Below, piece by piece: positions 17,567-28,861 of a stretch of 47,643 nt of DNA. Position 1 is the first letter of the stretch. Every line of letters begins with the position of its first letter. Origin of the DNA: Pseudomonadota bacterium (GTDB lineage: Bacteria > Bdellovibrionota_C > UBA2361 > OMII01); NCBI GenBank assembly GCA_038134595.1, contig JAYPVM010000009.1, forward strand, positions 58,212 to 105,854, read 5' to 3'. Below the pieces are notes generated by a model that made no database searches, had not been told where the DNA came from, and worked only from the letters and a program-made list of their open reading frames with translations. Made by a program: the position numbers and the translations under genes.

Positions 17567-19440
17567 CGCCATTTCTTCGCGACTTCGGGGTGAAAGATCC
17601 AGTAGTTTTCATCACATTTATAGGAACAATAATTTTATTATTTGGCGTAGTCGTTTCCTTCCGCATCCGACACAATAACTGCAAAGAGTTTGGTATTGAC
17701 GCAAGAAAGACCCCACCGAGTTGCTTTTATGGCCTCTTGCTCACGCTTTCATTGATTATCGTAGCGCTTACCCGACCCTACAGCGGATACACGGATCTGC
17801 CAGTAAAACAACAAAGTTCGAATCTTATGTTTGTAGTTGATATCAGCGCAAGTATGCTTGCAGATGATCTAAAACCGTCTCGAATCGAGGGGGCAAAGCG
17901 AAAGATTATCGATGCTATTAACTATACGAAACAGTCCGGACTAACCATGCGTTTTGGCATTACTGTCTTTGCAGGAGACGGCTATACAATCTGTCCCCTT
18001 ACAACCGACGCCGCAGTCGTTAAGCAATTCACCCAAATTCTCTCTCCAGAACTCGTTACAAGCCGGGGCTCTAACATACAGGCAGGCATCGAAGCGAGCC
18101 TCGAGCGTATTTCACCAAAAACAAACTCGACCTCCATTGTATTGCTAACTGACGGGGAGCCTGGCAATGAAAAGGCAGAGGGAGTACGGTTTTCAGACTC
18201 CATTCCCATCCACGTTATTGGATTCGGCACACCGAAGGGCTCGGCTATTCGCCTACCTGACGGCTCCTATCAACGAGACAAGACCGGAAAAGTTGTTATA
18301 AGCAAGTTGGATGAAATGTACCTGAGAGCACTTGCAGATAAAAATAACGGTACGTATACCCGGGCAACCTTCGACGACAAAGACATAACTCGCATTCTGA
18401 ATCGTCTACAAACCAAATCAGCAATATCGCAAGAGACAACAGAAAAACTAAGAGTCTTTAATGAACTTGGGCCAATCATTCTTGCCTTGGGGCTTACCTT
18501 CATGTTCCTCAGAAGACTCACTGGTATCTTTCTCTCTGCAGTAGTTTGGGTACTAGCCACCCCATATTTACTCAACACGGCGCACGCCGAACCAATCAAT
18601 TTCTTCAAACCAGATCAAGCTAAAGAGCGCTACGAAGGAGGAGACTTCTCCCAAGCAGAAAAACTTTATCGAGATAGATTAGCAACCAACCCTCAAGACC
18701 GTATAGCAAAGCGGGGCCTCGCTAGTGCGCTATTCAAGCAGGGTAAGTACTCTGAGAGTAAACAGCTCTTTCATGAACTCGCTGACGATCAATATACCGG
18801 CAAGGATTACTTCGAAAATTCCTTTAATGAGGGCAACTCTCTACTTGCCCTAAAGAACTACACCGAGGCTATTGATGCCTATAATCGTGCACTTGAGGTA
18901 AAACCGGATGACAAACAGGCCATACACAATAGAAATATCGCCCGAAAATTGAGGGTCTCTCCTACATCACAGCCATCTTCAGCATCAAATGATAATTCAA
19001 GCGCTGCTAACAAGCCGGAAGAACAAAACGACAATCAATTGGATAAAGGCACAGCTCAAACAGATTCTCCCCAGCAGGAGCTTACTCAATCAACTCCGAG
19101 CGATTCGACTCCAAATACCGCAGACCAAAACAGTGAAGTTAACGATTTAAATCCAACACCCAACAGACAAGAATCTGAACCAACGGCGCAAAACGATCGC
19201 ACAAAAGAAGCTACTTCCCAACAATCCTCCACTCCAAGCCCGTCCGGAGCCACGACACCAACTCAAAGAATTGAAAATCAGGATTTCCAACAAGATATGC
19301 CTCCCTCTCTCACCCCTACAGCGCCACCTACTTCGTTAGAATCAAATGAAACTAATGCTTGGCTCGAATCCTTACCAGATTCTCCTCTTCTGATTCGACG
19401 AAAAACTTCTTCTAATTCAACACGGGGTCAGCCATGGTAG
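17563..19440 (+). CDS. BatB-like VWA protein fused to TPR repeats and a BatC-like tail
   Basis: DISASM..DLKPSRI, LLTDGE, GTPKG..I, TPRs (FNEGNSL..LKNY.EAI.AY.RAL), S/T/Q-rich linker, C-terminal WLESLPD...QPW. Confidence 0.85.
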   Translation: MTPFLRDFGVKDPVVFITFIGTIILLFGVVVSFRIRHNNCKEFGIDARKTPPSCFYGLLLTLSLIIVALTRPYSGYTDLPVKQQSSNLMFVVDISASMLADDLKPSRIEGAKRKIIDAINYTKQSGLTMRFGITVFAGDGYTICPLTTDAAVVKQFTQILSPELVTSRGSNIQAGIEASLERISPKTNSTSIVLLTDGEPGNEKAEGVRFSDSIPIHVIGFGTPKGSAIRLPDGSYQRDKTGKVVISKLDEMYLRALADKNNGTYTRATFDDKDITRILNRLQTKSAISQETTEKLRVFNELGPIILALGLTFMFLRRLTGIFLSAVVWVLATPYLLNTAHAEPINFFKPDQAKERYEGGDFSQAEKLYRDRLATNPQDRIAKRGLASALFKQGKYSESKQLFHELADDQYTGKDYFENSFNEGNSLLALKNYTEAIDAYNRALEVKPDDKQAIHNRNIARKLRVSPTSQPSSASNDNSSAANKPEEQNDNQLDKGTAQTDSPQQELTQSTPSDSTPNTADQNSEVNDLNPTPNRQESEPTAQNDRTKEATSQQSSTPSPSGATTPTQRIENQDFQQDMPPSLTPTAPPTSLESNETNAWLESLPDSPLLIRRKTSSNSTRGQPW

Positions 19441-21290
19441 AGACACCTATTTGGAACAAGCACTATTCTGACGTAATAAAGCGTAGTAGCAAAGGCGCTG
19501 GGGGATTCAAGCTCGCTCGATTGAAAGGTGTGTCGTTATTTTCTGGCCTTGCCTCGAAGCTTGTGTGTGTAGTGGTATGGCTTTGCTTAGTTTCGTATGC
19601 TCATTCTCAACCTAGACTCACAAGCTCGGTATCGAGTCGTACAGGACAGGTCTCTGACACTTTTCTATTTACCGTTACTTTTGAGGGCTCCGATCAACAA
19701 GTCGTTCCTCAATTGTCAGCGGGGGGAGACTTCCAAGTCTCCTACCTCGGACCTAAAACGGTTATAGAAATGAACAATGGAAAAATTCGAACACAGCTTT
19801 CATTTATCTATAGCTTAACCCCCACCCGAAGCGGGGCGCTCCGAACACCTGAAGTGCAGGTCGAGATGAATGGAGCCCTACTAACTGCTAATCCAATAGA
19901 AATCACCATCACTGATACTACAATAGAGGGGTTAGACGATGCACCGCTTAGCAACACTTTTCTCAAACACACCGGCCAACCAAACTCAGTTTTTGTAGGA
20001 CAGCAAATACTCAATACTCTATCGCTATACACCCGAAATAATCTGCGCCGAATAAAACTCGACGACAGTGCTCTTGAAGGCTTTTGGCAGGAAAAGATAT
20101 CGGGCAGCAACAATCACGAACGGTCTCTTGGAGGTTTGAGATACTCAGTCATTGACATCTCTCGCTCTCTATATCCCCTGAAACCGGGGGTATTAACGAT
20201 CCCCGAGAGAAGCATCTCGTGTGATGTAGTTGAATCTCGACGCCCAAGCCTCTCAAGCATGCTGGATCCTTTTAGTGACAAATTCTTTCAAGACTTCTTT
20301 GGGTCGTCTCGGGTAACTCACCGCACATTGCGCGCCGATCCAATTCAAGTGAACGTAAAACCGCTAGCCGAGCAGCCCACCGCTTTAAGGAAATACTCTC
20401 CGGTCGTTCCGATCGTTGGACAAACCAACATGAACATCGAATACTCCGGCGTGCCACTTAAAGCGGGTGAGAGCAAAGAACTCTCGATAACGATTACCAG
20501 CTCTGGAAATCTGAAACCTCTCAAGACTCTGCTTTTTGAATCCAATTTAGACTTTAAAGTTTATCCAGGCGACATTAGCGAGACACAAAATCTTGTCGGG
20601 GGAGAGCTGATAATGATGAAGAAGTTTCATTATACCGTCGTTCCTCTAAAATCAGGCCTACTCAGAGTGCCGAGCCCGAAACTATCACACTTTAATACCC
20701 TAACAGAGCAATACGAACTCCTCTCCGGTGAGGACATCGCTCTTGTAGTAAGCGCAAACAGTGCTTTCAATCAGTCACACTCACAAGTCAGTAAGGGTAA
20801 GGAAGCATTGCCTAACACAATAACTACGATTCCGACCCTACCGCCTATTATAACCGCTCCGAAGCTATCTTATCAACCAGACTCTCTTGCAACAAAAGTA
20901 AACGGCGTCCTGAACCCCCGTCTTGTACTGGCAGTGTTCGGCCTGCTTGCAATAATAGTAGGTGGCATATTTGTATCAGTTACTAAATGGATTAAAGGAA
21001 CAGACAATCGCCGGATGATAAAGAATCTCCATAACTCGGCAACACTCGATGAAGTGCAAGAACACTTTTTCGATTGGCTAAAGGAAATACTCAAGGTAGA
21101 TCCAGCGGGCTGCACTTACAATGATCTACGGGCATATGCAAAAGACAGGCTCGCAGAAAATCGAATCCTGCCAGAAATAGTACTAGTGCTCGATAAGCTC
21201 GAATCAATAAAGTACGGACAACAGACTCAGTCAACTTCACTGAATGAGCTTTCATCGATGGTCATTTCTATAGTAAAGGATTATAAATAA
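19434..21290 (+). CDS. BatD-like oxygen tolerance protein (true start may be slightly downstream)
   Basis: Signal-like segment, repeated Ig-like domains (YSLTP.RSG.L..P, FVGQQI, LYPLKPG.L.IP), C-terminal TM; follows batB. Confidence 0.82.
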   Translation: MVETPIWNKHYSDVIKRSSKGAGGFKLARLKGVSLFSGLASKLVCVVVWLCLVSYAHSQPRLTSSVSSRTGQVSDTFLFTVTFEGSDQQVVPQLSAGGDFQVSYLGPKTVIEMNNGKIRTQLSFIYSLTPTRSGALRTPEVQVEMNGALLTANPIEITITDTTIEGLDDAPLSNTFLKHTGQPNSVFVGQQILNTLSLYTRNNLRRIKLDDSALEGFWQEKISGSNNHERSLGGLRYSVIDISRSLYPLKPGVLTIPERSISCDVVESRRPSLSSMLDPFSDKFFQDFFGSSRVTHRTLRADPIQVNVKPLAEQPTALRKYSPVVPIVGQTNMNIEYSGVPLKAGESKELSITITSSGNLKPLKTLLFESNLDFKVYPGDISETQNLVGGELIMMKKFHYTVVPLKSGLLRVPSPKLSHFNTLTEQYELLSGEDIALVVSANSAFNQSHSQVSKGKEALPNTITTIPTLPPIITAPKLSYQPDSLATKVNGVLNPRLVLAVFGLLAIIVGGIFVSVTKWIKGTDNRRMIKNLHNSATLDEVQEHFFDWLKEILKVDPAGCTYNDLRAYAKDRLAENRILPEIVLVLDKLESIKYGQQTQSTSLNELSSMVISIVKDYK

Positions 21291-21322
21291 GGCGTTTAAA
21301 GTACGCAGTAAATTAAAACAGC

Positions 21323-22360
21323 ATGAACAACAATACAGGCAAACCAAATCGAACTCTATCCACTATGCGAGATCGCCTAGGGCATCTCATACCGGACGTG
21401 GAATTAAAAATTAAAGCTCAGCTGGTCGACGAGATAAATCGAATAAAACAAGAAAAAGACGCTTTAATCCTCGGTCACAACTATATGGAGCCCGTGTTAT
21501 ACCATATGGTAGCAGACGTCGTAGGAGACTCTCTTGAACTTTCGCGACAGGCCGCACTCACGGAAAAGTCAATAATTGTGTTTTGCGGTGTACGATTTAT
21601 GGCTGAAACCGCAAAGATATTAAACCCCAATAAGACCGTTCTTTTGCCAGCCAAGGTTGCCGGATGCTCATTGGCCGCTAGCATATCCGCATCCGATGTG
21701 CAAAACCTACGAGATCGATTTCCAGGAGCTCCAGTAATCTCATACATAAACACATACGCGGATGTGAAAGCAGAGTCGGATGTCATTTGTACCTCTGGAA
21801 ACGCCTCCGCTGTCGTTCGCTCTTTTCCTGATACAAAAGTACTTTTCTTGCCCGATAAGTTCCTAGCGGAAAACGTAGCAAAAGAGCTCGGTAGACCATT
21901 TGTTTTTTCTGATGTTAACGCCGAATCAATCCCCTCAAATGCAATTATCGGATGGCGAGGAGTCTGCGAGGTTCATGAGCAGTTTACCGTCAGCGACATA
22001 GTGACGATTCGCAATCAATTTAAGGATGTTGCTGTACTTGCTCATCCAGAATGCTCACCAGAGGTAGTAGCTCATGCCGACCTATCCCAGAGCACGTCAA
22101 AAATGGTCGACTTTGTTGAGAGCTCCTCTGCTCCACATTTTTTAATTCTCACCGAATGCAGTATGGCCGACAATATCATTGCAAAAAATCCCGACAAAAA
22201 TATCCTTCGAATGTGCAGTATTCGATGCCAACACATGAACGAAATAACACTTGAAGACACCCTAAAGGCCCTAAGATATGGAGAACAAAACATCGAGGTC
22301 TGCGAAACCATCGCAACACGGGCTAGAAGTGCCCTCTCTCGGATGCTTGAAATTCATTAA
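21323..22360 (+). CDS. nadA: Quinolinate synthase
   Basis: ILGHNY, GDSL.L, FCGV.FMAETAKILNP, AGCSLA, YINT, CEVHE, AHPEC, CQHM: three Fe-S Cys ligands. Confidence 0.95.
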   Translation: MNNNTGKPNRTLSTMRDRLGHLIPDVELKIKAQLVDEINRIKQEKDALILGHNYMEPVLYHMVADVVGDSLELSRQAALTEKSIIVFCGVRFMAETAKILNPNKTVLLPAKVAGCSLAASISASDVQNLRDRFPGAPVISYINTYADVKAESDVICTSGNASAVVRSFPDTKVLFLPDKFLAENVAKELGRPFVFSDVNAESIPSNAIIGWRGVCEVHEQFTVSDIVTIRNQFKDVAVLAHPECSPEVVAHADLSQSTSKMVDFVESSSAPHFLILTECSMADNIIAKNPDKNILRMCSIRCQHMNEITLEDTLKALRYGEQNIEVCETIATRARSALSRMLEIH

Positions 22361-22469
22361 TCTGCTAGTACAAGTATATCCACATTAATTTCTTTCAGTT
22401 AGGCCCAGGGCTTCTCGTCCCTCTATTCTAAAATCGCTCAGTTCTGGCGCCAGACAAAACGAAACCGCA

Positions 22470-23474
22470 TTACGTATCCGTCGCAAAAAACGACATGTAT
22501 CGAGCAACTTCATTAATACTTCCTGAGATAAATGCCGAGCGCTCATGAATATCCATCGGGAGTACCTCCATTATACGCTTTGTACCATTCGTGGCGCTCC
22601 CGCCAGCTTGCTCCATTATAAATGCAAGTGGCATACACTCATAAAGCAAACGGAGCCGCCCGTTGGGTCTACGTGAATCTAGAGGATAGAGAAATATCCC
22701 GCCCTTTCTTAGTGTTCTATCGAAATCGGCGACTAAAGAGCCAACATATCGGGCTGTAAATGGAACCTCTCGAGAGGGGTTTTGATCCTTTAGCTGCTTT
22801 AGGTAGTTTTTTGTACCATCAGACCACCATGCATGATTTGCCTCGTTGATGCTATAGATAGCCCCATCAGCTGGTATGACAATATGAGGCTCAGTGAGCA
22901 CGAACTCTCCGATGGTTGGATCGAGAGTGAAGCCATGCACCCCATTTCCAGCAGAATAGACAAACGAAGTCTTTGCACCATAAATAGAATAGCCGGCGGC
23001 AACGATTTCATCCCCCTTTTGACAAAAATCCGCTTCGCTTGGCAGTCCTTCTTGGTCTCGCTTTTTAAATATACAAAAAATAGTTCCCGTTGGAATATTA
23101 GAGCCTATATTAGACGATCCATCTAAAGGATCGAATGCGATTACATACTTCCCCTCACTCAAAGTGGCATCAGTTCTCACTACGCTATCTCGTTCCTCCG
23201 AAACCAAAAGCCCAAAGTGATGTGATGAACTTAATAACTCTACAAGGACCTCATCAGCTTCAACATCTAACTGCTTCACCTCATCCCCATGCACGTTTTT
23301 ACCACCAGTATAACCGTGCAGTCCCTTAAAACCAGCCGTCGCGACCATTTGCGCTATTAGTTTTACCCCTAAAGAAATAGATACAATAAGGTCATTTAGC
23401 TCTCCAGTACTCTCGGGATACTTGCGGCTTTGAACGTGAATAAATCTACTAAGGGTCTGGGTAGGTATGCCCAT
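22470..23474 (-). CDS. fbp: Fructose-1,6-bisphosphatase class 1
   Basis: NVHG.E.K.LD, SEE, FDPLDGSSN, YSINEAN, RYVGSLVAD, LRLLYEC.P. Confidence 0.93.
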   Translation of the reverse strand: MGIPTQTLSRFIHVQSRKYPESTGELNDLIVSISLGVKLIAQMVATAGFKGLHGYTGGKNVHGDEVKQLDVEADEVLVELLSSSHHFGLLVSEERDSVVRTDATLSEGKYVIAFDPLDGSSNIGSNIPTGTIFCIFKKRDQEGLPSEADFCQKGDEIVAAGYSIYGAKTSFVYSAGNGVHGFTLDPTIGEFVLTEPHIVIPADGAIYSINEANHAWWSDGTKNYLKQLKDQNPSREVPFTARYVGSLVADFDRTLRKGGIFLYPLDSRRPNGRLRLLYECMPLAFIMEQAGGSATNGTKRIMEVLPMDIHERSAFISGSINEVARYMSFFATDT

Positions 23475-23981
23475 AAAGCGCCTCCATAAACAACCGTTAC
23501 GTTAAAAGAGCTTGAGCTTCTCTTGAAAAACCAAACTAATCACCCACATTCCAGTTTAACACCGACCCATGAATTCTTACCGATACCACTCCGACCTCAG
23601 CCTATTAGAAGCAGGTCTAAGCAAGTGCACCTATCAAAAGTCAAATCCGACTGGCTCTACCTGCTGGCTGTTAAACAAAAAACGCTCAAGTGAGACAACA
23701 GCCCACATCATATAGCGAACCCTAAAAGCCTCTTAATCAGTATATCAACACCCCTGCGAGGCAACAAACTTCTTTAAGGGCAACCGACAATAATAGGAAA
23801 AATTGCCGGCGCTGAGTATGGAGCGTATCCCTACAGAACCACTGAAGAAATGCAACATAGTACGCAACCTGGAATCACGGCTGTGTTTATAGCCAAGGCG
23901 GATAAAACTAACCAACAAATCCAATGAAACGATTCACGGAGCGAAGCTTAAAAGCATCAACCTTAGGGTGCCGTCACTTAC

Positions 23982-26132
23982 CTATATTCGCCGGCTTGCT
24001 CCTGACTGGGGATGTTGAGGAAGTGTCACTACAAATTTCACCCCGATCGGCGTGTTATCGAACACCCGAATCTCTCCGCAGTGGTCCGAGATAATAGAGC
24101 TTACAATCGCCAGACCAAGGCCCGTTCCCCCTTTCTTACGGGTGAAATATGGCTCAAAAATTCGATTCTTATCTTCGGCTGACACCCCTATACCCGTGTC
24201 CGAGACCTCAATCGTCGCTTTAGCTGCTTGGCTATCATATGAAACGCTAATACAAAGATCCTTAGGGGCCTCTTCGTCAACAGCTTCCATGGCAGCCACT
24301 GAGTTTGCAATTAAATTCAAAAACACCCCTCGAATTTGATCTGGATCAAGAAGCATTTCCGGTATTTTACCGTTCAAGGCGAATGAAAAGGCTATATCCG
24401 GATTATCAGTACGTGCTCGATTGACAACATTCTCAAGTAATATATCAAGCCGTGTAGGCGCAAACGTAGCTACAGGCATCCGACCATACTCGGAAAATTC
24501 ATTGGCAAGGCGCTTTATTATCTCCACGTGTTCTACAATGGAGCGGGTAGAATCAACGATGGCCTGAGACTGAGCATCTTTTAACGCTAGCTTCTCTAAG
24601 CGTTGGGCAGAGAGCTGAAGAGGCGTGAGAGGGTTTTTTATTTCATGGGCGATTCTACGAGCCACGTCTCTCCATGCAGCAAGATGCTGACTACGACTAA
24701 GATCCGTAATATCGTCCAGCAACAGCACATATCCAAGCGTCTCCCCGTTAGCAGAAGATATACGCCCCCCGGTACACACAATCAAAAGTTCGCGTCCCTC
24801 TGTACGCAATCGAATCTCCTCGGCCATTGCAGTGGGCGCATGCTTTTGTAGTCCGTCAAGTATGACACCAAGCGGCGCATATTGCTGCTGCTCTAAAAAT
24901 TCAGCTAGGGGAATACTCTTACCCGTTGCGAGCTCTAAGTCGAGCATGTTCCGCGCAGCATCATTAATAGTCGTTATCTCAAGATCTTGATTGAGGGAGA
25001 CAACTCCCACACCTAAATTCGAAATTATCGTATCGAGGAGCAATCGCCGCTGCTCAAGTTGTCGCTTGGAGGCGTGTAGCTGCTCAGTCATATGATTGAA
25101 CGAGTTGACTAAATATCCGAGCTCATCATCGCGAACTGCTTTCACCGAGAAATCATAGTTTCCCTGCGCAACACGATGAGCACCCTGTATGAGAAGCTGA
25201 ATAGGACCTGTAATCTGTTTTGAGATGAAAAAAGCAACCCAAATCGCCCCAAACAGGGTTAACAAGTTAAACAGAGCCAACACCAGAAAAAAATTGGTTC
25301 TAATCGGGTCTTTCAACCCCTTAGACTCCTTATAGTCTGCGACTGCATCCGTAATTATGTTCCGAGCCTGCACTAACTCCGGAGCCACTCTAAAACTCAC
25401 AACAAGCACAGCGCCCTTTAGTCCTGTATAGACGCGTACGAATTGACTCGCCCCTCTCTCCTCAATTCGAACAATTCGCGGCCCGGCAAGACTCTTAGCC
25501 ATCGCTGTTGTATCAAGTGGGGGTTCGGCAAACGACTCTACACTTGCCGTTGGATGATTTGCCTCGGACAACACCTCGCCCTCAAGGTTATATACTTTAA
25601 TTGAAAACAGCTCATGCTTCTGTCTTAAGTTCTCCAGCAACTGCGGAGTAGCAGTAGCGTCAAGACTATCAAGAGCGCCACTTATAGCCTCTGAGGAATT
25701 AACCGCCGCCATCTTAGTAGCAGAGATCGAGTCCTTAGCCATCGTAAGAGAGCTTGCTACAATCGACTCCACTCGCATATTAAACCAACTTTGGACTGCC
25801 TGATTAATAAGTCCGCTAGCCACAACAAAAGATAGCGTCATGGGAATAATCGAGATTAAAACAAACGAGCCCATTAGCCGCGCCCTGAGCTTTGAACCAA
25901 GGATTCCTCGACGCCTTTCAAAAAAAAGCTTTATCAGATTTCTTGACACCAGAACAACGAGAATCAGCAATCCAATCACATTGAGATTGATAACCGAGAA
26001 CAGCACCACGTTGCTCGTCAAAGACTCGTCTTCCGAACCCCACCGTACCATGGACAGAATTGTCAGAAAGACAATCACCACAAGGAGCGCCACCAACAAT
26101 CGTCGCCCGAAGTTGTTAGAGCTTTTATTCAT
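23982..26132 (-). CDS. NtrY-like membrane sensor histidine kinase (HAMP-PAS-HisKA-HATPase)
   Basis: GSKLRARL, HAMP DELGYLVNSFNHM, AAWRDVARRIAHEIKNPLTP, DTG.G, FEPYFT.K.GGTGLGL. Confidence 0.88.
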   Translation of the reverse strand: MNKSSNNFGRRLLVALLVVIVFLTILSMVRWGSEDESLTSNVVLFSVINLNVIGLLILVVLVSRNLIKLFFERRRGILGSKLRARLMGSFVLISIIPMTLSFVVASGLINQAVQSWFNMRVESIVASSLTMAKDSISATKMAAVNSSEAISGALDSLDATATPQLLENLRQKHELFSIKVYNLEGEVLSEANHPTASVESFAEPPLDTTAMAKSLAGPRIVRIEERGASQFVRVYTGLKGAVLVVSFRVAPELVQARNIITDAVADYKESKGLKDPIRTNFFLVLALFNLLTLFGAIWVAFFISKQITGPIQLLIQGAHRVAQGNYDFSVKAVRDDELGYLVNSFNHMTEQLHASKRQLEQRRLLLDTIISNLGVGVVSLNQDLEITTINDAARNMLDLELATGKSIPLAEFLEQQQYAPLGVILDGLQKHAPTAMAEEIRLRTEGRELLIVCTGGRISSANGETLGYVLLLDDITDLSRSQHLAAWRDVARRIAHEIKNPLTPLQLSAQRLEKLALKDAQSQAIVDSTRSIVEHVEIIKRLANEFSEYGRMPVATFAPTRLDILLENVVNRARTDNPDIAFSFALNGKIPEMLLDPDQIRGVFLNLIANSVAAMEAVDEEAPKDLCISVSYDSQAAKATIEVSDTGIGVSAEDKNRIFEPYFTRKKGGTGLGLAIVSSIISDHCGEIRVFDNTPIGVKFVVTLPQHPQSGASRRI

Positions 26133-26147
26133 TTAAATCAGGTTCCA

Positions 26148-26738
26148 TTACATCTGCTCAGTCGATACCAATTTAAACTCACTCCACTCAGAAACATCTT
26201 CGACCGTATTGACAAGCCCGAGCGTTAGAAAACGGGATAAGTGCGCAAACGCTCGCACCCCTCCCTCTCTACACTTAAATACAGTTCTGATTCGCAAGTA
26301 CGCGCCAGGATGCGACGCCAGATCCATCTCTTCTCTGAGCAAAAAGTCGATGGGAAACTTACTGACAGTGACAAGGGAGCGAATGGATTCAGAACGAATT
26401 GGAATTCCTACAGCAGTTGGTTCTAACGTATCCCCCAATCGATCAGACACAACTCGATAGCTCTCCGTTACTGGATCGAACATCGCGGTGTGCAATTCAG
26501 CTCGGGGCTCTTCGCAATAATCAAACCATCCCGAACGCTTTCTACATAACTGCACTTCGAACCGAAGCCTCGCTTGATGAGACTCGTTTAAACACCTCTT
26601 CGCTATCCCCTCCCGATTCCCCGCGACGATAGAAATCGACTCTTGAATCGGCGAAGACCACCGAACGTCCAAACTAGAAAACAGGACCCCAAAAACAAAA
26701 ACTAGCGAAAACACCTTACCCCGCCCCCTTAAACACAA
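26148..26738 (-). CDS. DUF4390-like exported protein
   Basis: Signal-like N-terminus, R.RSGWFD and FDPVTESYRV motifs, position directly upstream of an NtrY-like kinase. Confidence 0.6.
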   Translation of the reverse strand: MCLRGRGKVFSLVFVFGVLFSSLDVRWSSPIQESISIVAGNREGIAKRCLNESHQARLRFEVQLCRKRSGWFDYCEEPRAELHTAMFDPVTESYRVVSDRLGDTLEPTAVGIPIRSESIRSLVTVSKFPIDFLLREEMDLASHPGAYLRIRTVFKCREGGVRAFAHLSRFLTLGLVNTVEDVSEWSEFKLVSTEQM

Positions 26739-26740
26739 AC

Positions 26741-27880
26741 TTAGTCTTCCCGGTGAGCCGGCGAAGAGTCGGTGTCTTCAAATAATTCATCTTGGATTCG
26801 CTTGTTGGCTGGCAAAATCCCTAAATGCTTATATCCTCTATTAGTAACCTCTCTGCCTCGCTTCGTGCGAGCGATAAACCCCTCTTGCAAGAGATAGGGT
26901 TCATACACATCCTCGACAGTATCTCGATCCTCACCAAGCGCCGCGGCAATTGTCTCAACTCCAACTGGCCCACCATCAAATTTCTCAACTATTAAGGTCA
27001 ACAGGGAGCGATCGATCCGATCTAAGCCTTCACCATCAATCTCTAAAAGAGCAAGAGCTTCAATTGCAATATTCTTTGTGATTTCACCATCGCCGCGCTC
27101 CTCAGCATAATCGCGAACCCGCTTCAGCAACCTATTTGCTATACGGGGGGTTCCTCGGGAGCGTCGTGCAATTTCAGCGGTTGCCAACGGAACACAAGGG
27201 CAATCGAGTATAGATGCAGATCGTTGAACAATTTGCGACAATTGCTCACGATTATAAAAATCCAATCTGTGCACTATACCAAAGCGATCTCGGAGCGGAG
27301 AGGTCAACAGACCCGAACGAGTGGTCGCACCAACTAAAGTAAACGGCCTAAGAGGTATCTTTACTGAGCGAGCACCGGGCCCCTGTCCAATAATGATGTC
27401 AAGTTCAAAATCCTCCATTGCTGGGTATAGTATCTCCTCTATCGACCGGGAGAGTCGATGTATTTCATCTATGAAGAGAACATCCCTATCCTCCAAGGAG
27501 GTCAAAATAGCCGCTAGGTCACCCGGCCTTTCGATAGCCGGACCAGAAGTGCTCTTAAAACCAACCCCGAGTTCACCCGCGATAATTCGCGCTAACGAGG
27601 TTTTACCTAAGCCAGGTGGGCCATGCAAAAGAACATGATCTAAGGAATCACCCCGCCTCTTTGCTGCTCCACAGGCAATTTGCAAGTTCTCCTTAACGTG
27701 TTCTTGTCCAACGTACTCATCGAAACGACTCGGCCGAAGAGAGTTTACAAGACACTCCTCTGGGTCCACCTCGGAGGATCCCGAACTATCGGCCGTTGCT
27801 TTGCTATCAAAAGGCTGTGAACCCACCCACAGTTCTATTGAATCATCATCCTGATTAAATGTTCGGTCGTCTTCGCTCAT
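26741..27880 (-). CDS. ruvB: Holliday junction branch migration helicase RuvB
   Basis: [60 protein letters not shown]. Confidence 0.97.
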   Translation of the reverse strand: MSEDDRTFNQDDDSIELWVGSQPFDSKATADSSGSSEVDPEECLVNSLRPSRFDEYVGQEHVKENLQIACGAAKRRGDSLDHVLLHGPPGLGKTSLARIIAGELGVGFKSTSGPAIERPGDLAAILTSLEDRDVLFIDEIHRLSRSIEEILYPAMEDFELDIIIGQGPGARSVKIPLRPFTLVGATTRSGLLTSPLRDRFGIVHRLDFYNREQLSQIVQRSASILDCPCVPLATAEIARRSRGTPRIANRLLKRVRDYAEERGDGEITKNIAIEALALLEIDGEGLDRIDRSLLTLIVEKFDGGPVGVETIAAALGEDRDTVEDVYEPYLLQEGFIARTKRGREVTNRGYKHLGILPANKRIQDELFEDTDSSPAHRED

Positions 27881-28036
27881 ATCAAAACACAGTTGCAGAT
27901 CTCTTAGTTATGTCTAGCAAAATTAAACAGCATCTACCATCCCCAAACCTAACCAGCTAATATCACGTTTCAAAATGACTAGATGCGTCCTCGTATTTGA
28001 GCCGTGTACTCTTCTATATGCACACGCTCACAAGGA

Positions 28037-28651
28037 TCAAACAAATTTTAGCGCCTCCCGGACCACCTCTCCAGCAGTATTGATATTGGGAAAAGAAGCC
28101 ATTGCACGGCCAACCGCAGCCTCCGCGTCACGACGTGAAAAGCCAAGAACCTCCAAGGTAACGATTGCATCGATATGCGAGTCGTCATTGGACGCGGCAA
28201 AAGACGCCTCGCTCTCCAGCGAGGCGCTATCATGCCTACATTCACCGCCTAGCGAAACGACCAAATCTTTCAGTTCAACCACTATTCGTTCAGCTTTTTT
28301 CTTACCAACCCCTTTAATTTTCATTAGTGCTTGCACATCGCCAACTCCAATTGCTCGCAACAAATCCCGTGCCGGAACATTGGACAGTACATCAACTGCA
28401 GACCTGGGTCCCATGCCAGAGACTTTCGTTAACAACTGAAATACACGCCTCTCAGACTTTGATTCAAAACCAAAAATTCGAATTGCATCCTCTTTAACAT
28501 CAGTATGTGTAGTGATGCACGCCTCGACATCTATTGCTAGCATGGCCAACAGCGAAGCGGTGCATGTGACAGAATAGCCGACCCCATGTACATCCAAAAT
28601 CACAAGGTCGCCATCGATTTCTACAACCAAACCTTTCAAACGGCTAATCAT
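28037..28651 (-). CDS. ruvA: Holliday junction binding protein RuvA
   Basis: MISRLKG, DVHGVGY, VKED...FGF, HhH motifs VSGMGPRSA and IKGVGKKKAERIVVELKD, C-terminal L..LGF; ATG at 28651. Confidence 0.94.
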   Translation of the reverse strand: MISRLKGLVVEIDGDLVILDVHGVGYSVTCTASLLAMLAIDVEACITTHTDVKEDAIRIFGFESKSERRVFQLLTKVSGMGPRSAVDVLSNVPARDLLRAIGVGDVQALMKIKGVGKKKAERIVVELKDLVVSLGGECRHDSASLESEASFAASNDDSHIDAIVTLEVLGFSRRDAEAAVGRAMASFPNINTAGEVVREALKFV

Positions 28652-28861
28652 AAGATATTCCTCCACAGGGCGGGTCGCACAGTTATTATAAATCAAGCCC
28701 GCTTTTCATTGCCAACACGCCAACTACACCATTCTACATCTACGATACAAACCGCGATCAATAAAGCCGCAACAAATGCGATACCACTATATTTCCTTAG
28801 CAGAGTAGTAATTTAACCGTATATTTTAAAACCTTACCCTCTTTCGGTTCTCGCACAGTAA

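Noticed and set aside
23569..23715. 48-codon plus-strand ORF (MNSYRYHSD...) in the fbp/kinase gap
   Set aside because: No clear RBS or recognisable motif; length is within chance expectation.
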